From NCBI GenBank assembly GCA_008632985.1, contig QPGO01000039.1, positions 124,001-188,000 on the forward strand: 64,000 nucleotides of DNA, read 5' to 3'. Positions 60,682-64,000 of this stretch are shown one piece after another. The notes below the pieces were generated by a model. It was not told where the DNA came from and made no database searches. It saw only the letters and a program-made list of their open reading frames with translations. Positions within the stretch are counted from its first letter, which is position 1. Each line of letters opens with the position of its first letter. The DNA comes from Psammoneis japonica. Lineage: Eukaryota. A program made the position numbers and the translations under genes.

Positions 60682-62172
60682 ATGTCCTTCTTCGTAGAAC
60701 CGGATGCAACAGTTAGCGTCGCTTTTTCTTGTTCTTGTTGGACCATGTCTTCAGTAGTGATGGGAAACGACTCTGCGTCGTCCTCTAAGAATTGCGGTTA
60801 TGCGTTCAATAGCGGTGGTGGTTGTAGTGATGGTGATGGCACAGCGAGCGACCACGCTGCTGCCAGAGCTCGCGTTGCTGGCGTAACACGCCCTTCCGGA
60901 GTAGCCCTTGAGAGTAGGGAGAGGAAGACGACCTCTTCTCCGACTGGGGAAGCTCTGAACTACGACGACGATGATGCGTTTGAGCTGAGAGAATGGGCCG
61001 AAAAATGGCTGGAAAAGAAACACCCTCGGGTGACCCAGAGGGCCCGTAAATCGTCACCGGACCGGTACACTCCCTACGATGCAAACCGCAACAAAGGAAT
61101 TATTCCTCACAAGCATTTTGAAGAAGCCTTCGAGGAATTCCGGAGTCGCTTCATGGATGTTACGAGCAGTAGCTACACTAGTACCGAACCATCCGTGGTT
61201 CTGGTGGCCACCGGCGTGCACAAGGATTGGACCCCGCCAGAGGCATTGCGAAAGGCGAAATTCTTATTCTTCCCCTCTCTGAGGTGGGGTGGGACGACAA
61301 CGTCGGCCTTGTTCATTGTTTATATGCCCGGAAAAGAGCATGGTGCTGCCGATGCATGTGTCAACGATTCGATTGGTACGTGGATTCGTAGCAATGGGCT
61401 TCACGCCGTGCTAAATAGTGGTCTGAGCTCTGGGGACTATGCCAGACCACAGCCTGACCGACGCATTTTCCCGAAGTCCGAGTTTCGCGATGGAGATAGA
61501 GACATAGACCAAGACAATGGAGGCACACCCCTTTCTCGTTTCATCTGGGAAGTGGAATATAAGAATCGAAACCCGCTGGATATGCGAAAGAATGGGAAGC
61601 AACTGATGCGGTCTCCCTACAATCGATTGTACCTGGCGGCCAAAATCTATGAAACCGACACGGTGGACGGTCACACCGAGGCGGCCATTGTTTTGTGGGG
61701 ACGAACCATAGGAAATGACGACAAGGTTGAAGTCATCGAAGCCGTGAGCTTTGGAACCAAAGACCTCTCTGAGGAACACAAGGATGAGTTTTCGGGCCAC
61801 GAAACTCGAACAAGTCTCGTGGGCGTTGGTATCAGTGATTGGCGACGCCCGCAAGAGTTCCCTCCGCATTATCCACATTTTCAGAATCCTCTCAACCCGG
61901 AACAGACACCTGAAGAATTTCTCTTGGATATTCCTCTCGAAGGCATGTTGCATAAGGTTCTGATCCCTTCAGATTCCGAGGACACTCCACAGTACTTAAA
62001 CGAACTTCGAGAAAACGGTGCTCGTGCAGTGAGCAATCTTAAGATTGACCTCCGCGTCCTTTTGAGCGATGTACTCGATGTGGCTGGAAATGCGCGTTCG
62101 GCACCCACTGCTGGGTCCACCACTGCTGCCGTTGCTGCTCCATCCACCAAGAAACAAAGGACAAAGAGGTAG
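60682..62172 (+). CDS. Hypothetical protein with PD-(D/E)xK/Uma2-like restriction-endonuclease fold
   Basis: Intact 496-aa ORF with MPG.EH, QPD...P and FIWEVEYKNR, plus a C-terminal NLS-like KKQRTKR. Confidence 0.65.
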   Translation: MSFFVEPDATVSVAFSCSCWTMSSVVMGNDSASSSKNCGYAFNSGGGCSDGDGTASDHAAARARVAGVTRPSGVALESRERKTTSSPTGEALNYDDDDAFELREWAEKWLEKKHPRVTQRARKSSPDRYTPYDANRNKGIIPHKHFEEAFEEFRSRFMDVTSSSYTSTEPSVVLVATGVHKDWTPPEALRKAKFLFFPSLRWGGTTTSALFIVYMPGKEHGAADACVNDSIGTWIRSNGLHAVLNSGLSSGDYARPQPDRRIFPKSEFRDGDRDIDQDNGGTPLSRFIWEVEYKNRNPLDMRKNGKQLMRSPYNRLYLAAKIYETDTVDGHTEAAIVLWGRTIGNDDKVEVIEAVSFGTKDLSEEHKDEFSGHETRTSLVGVGISDWRRPQEFPPHYPHFQNPLNPEQTPEEFLLDIPLEGMLHKVLIPSDSEDTPQYLNELRENGARAVSNLKIDLRVLLSDVLDVAGNARSAPTAGSTTAAVAAPSTKKQRTKR

Positions 62173-62360
62173 ACTGAGAACAAATATGTGGATCCTTTAC
62201 TTGCACTTTATTCTGAACATATGGAGAAGGCACCATTTCCAATATAAGATTCTGAGTTTGTCCTTCGAATAACCGTCAATGATGCTCACTGTCAACGGAA
62301 CAATACGATTCTCCTAACCAGAAAAACTAACGTGGGATATCTAACACTTTACACTCCAAA

Positions 62361-62657
62361 GTGACCCTGTTGGATGAAAACTTGTTGGAAATCTTTCAGG
62401 CCCTCGACAAGAATGGAGATGGAGTTTTGGAACTAGCAGAATTGGAACTCATTCTGCGCGACTTGGGTGCCAAGGACATTCCCAGAACCTTTGTGCACAT
62501 GGATTTGGACAATACGGGCATCGTCCATTGGGACGAATTTTGTGCCATAATGCAACGACAATTCCATGACGGACCGGGTGTGTGCATGCGTTATCGACAA
62601 CAACGGTTTCAAACTGCCGTTCTCAATCACTTTGGGGTAGACAGTCCTGCTATGTAG
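62361..62657 (+). pseudogene. Two-EF-hand fragment lacking an ATG start
   Basis: Canonical loops DKNGDGVLELAE and DLDNTGIVHWDE. Confidence 0.6.
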
Positions 62658-62971
62658 TAAGAACGAGACGTCGATGCATTGTGAAGGAAGAAACGACATG
62701 TAGCCGAGAAATTCATGACATCTGAGTAAGGAACGTGATCAGTGATGATCTTGGCCCAAATCTCTTGAGGGAGAAACGGCAGCTCCCGAGACGAACGTTC
62801 TATAGAGTCGTCTCCACCGGAAGCATCAACAAGATCTGAATTTTCCTCATCTCCCTTCTTTTCACCCTCATCTTCAAGTGTTCTCCGGCGCTTCTTGTTC
62901 ATCTCTTCTTTCTCGCCTCCAAAAGCAGCCTCAGGTTCTAAGCGCTTGGCTGCATCGCGGGTCGTCACCAT
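62627..62971 (-). pseudogene. Truncated F-box-like gene
   Basis: MVTTRDAAKR..KKRRR..LPFLPQEIWAKIITDHVPYSDVMNFSATCRFFLH, then stops where the paralog continues. Confidence 0.6.
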
Positions 62972-63399
62972 ATCGGTCGGTTTTTCTTGCGTTTGCTGCT
63001 TTTTCTCCGGTCTTTCAATAGTCCAGTTATCCCTCTGTATTAACTTAAATCTGAAAACCTCAAAAAAAGCAGAGATAAAGCAGCAGGGCAACAACACGTC
63101 GCAAAAGCAACACGACCTCTGCTTGCGTTTATATTTTGCCTGCCCTCGAGAGGCCGGCGTGCCGGCGTGTTCCAACGTACGCCACCTTCAGAAACTCACC
63201 GGAGATTCGTGACATCGTTGCATATGATACTCTACGACCTTCTAAAATAGCAGTAGAGCTACTTAGGAGATGCCTGAGACATTATGAGGGCAGATACTAC
63301 AGACGATGATCAACGAGGGGCAGTTATTAGTTTCTGAATTAAAGTCTGCCGTTTCGTCTGGGCAGAATGTGTAAAGACGCTACATGAATTCACAACTTT

Positions 63400-64000
63400 A
63401 GCTCCTTCACGACCTCATCAATGCACTCACAGGCACACCCCGAGTCCACATGTAAACAGTTGTGTTCTTGTTTCTCTCCTCCTGGTGAACAAGGAAACTT
63501 GGCAATGGGTGGAGTGCACTTTTCTCGAATGACGGCTTGGGCATGTCGAAACGTGATCACTGCTTGTTGTTGGACTCAACGTCTTCCCAATGTTTCGATG
63601 GTCACATCCAGACTCTTGTTGACAGCTTGATAGAGAGCAATGTCCCATCGTATGACAGATTGATTTTGCAGCTGACATGGCTGGTTCCACAGCAAATGAG
63701 TGGGTCAATGCATCGACTTGAGGTCTCATTGACTCGATTGTGCCTGATGGACCTCTGCTTGGGGCAGCCTTGCTGGCAATCAACTCAATTTACCCAAAGG
63801 CCTCTTGGTGGAGTCAGTTCTCACCAGACTTGACCAACAGGGATGTGTTCTGCATGTTGGTCTCACGAGCGACAGCCACAGAGTCAGAAGCTCACTTTGT
63901 GCATCAAGTGAACGACTTTGCATGCTCGCATTTGGCAACACCTGGGTGTCAAATCATCAGTCTTGATTTCGTCAATGAGGCTCTGTCCATGTTGTTTGTT
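63400..64000. mobile_element. Edge of another partly degenerate repeat domain
   Basis: TA and CG thin out toward the window end; no coherent ORF. Confidence 0.35.

Overview
Eukaryotic nuclear DNA, most likely a pennate diatom. This is inferred from short GT-AG introns, compact gene spacing, a diatom-type class C GPCR, and CoDi-like Copia and Plavaka-like elements. The window is a mosaic of two compartments. (1) Gene islands with normal composition encode a class C GPCR, SAM-AAA-AAA ATPase, MPPED-like phosphoesterase, two sulfotransferase-like proteins, a QxxHH elongase, DUS1, SYLF/Ysc84, a secreted Nudix, an AKT-like K+ channel, ERD2, a fibrillin-like protein, a beta-propeller, CHMP1, FKBP, an Aurora-like kinase, a REase-fold protein and F-box fragments. 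(2) Sharply bounded repeat domains (about 320-1730, 8520-11620, 13690-15590, 30750-33650, 40440-41240, 43900-60400, and partly 63400-64000) are strongly depleted of both CpG and TpA and flooded with TpG/CpA. In recognisable transposon proteins, conserved Tyr codons (TAY) read as Cys (TGY) or His (CAY): WYADD>WHADD, LYG>LCG, YLGMTLDY>CLGMTLDH, GPxYGY>GPKHGC. This implies a repeat-targeted TpA>TpG/CpA (A:T>G:C) hypermutation, the reverse of fungal RIP, on top of ordinary methyl-CpG decay. It is the main candidate for an undescribed system; a base-calling artefact at modified bases must be excluded. A Copia element carries three nested DNA-transposon insertions with clear TIRs/TSDs, two from a family with ACGYGTTCCAG ends and 6-bp TSDs. 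Single-base frameshifts at G/C runs in conserved genes suggest long-read indel errors. All homology calls come from motif recognition, not database searches.
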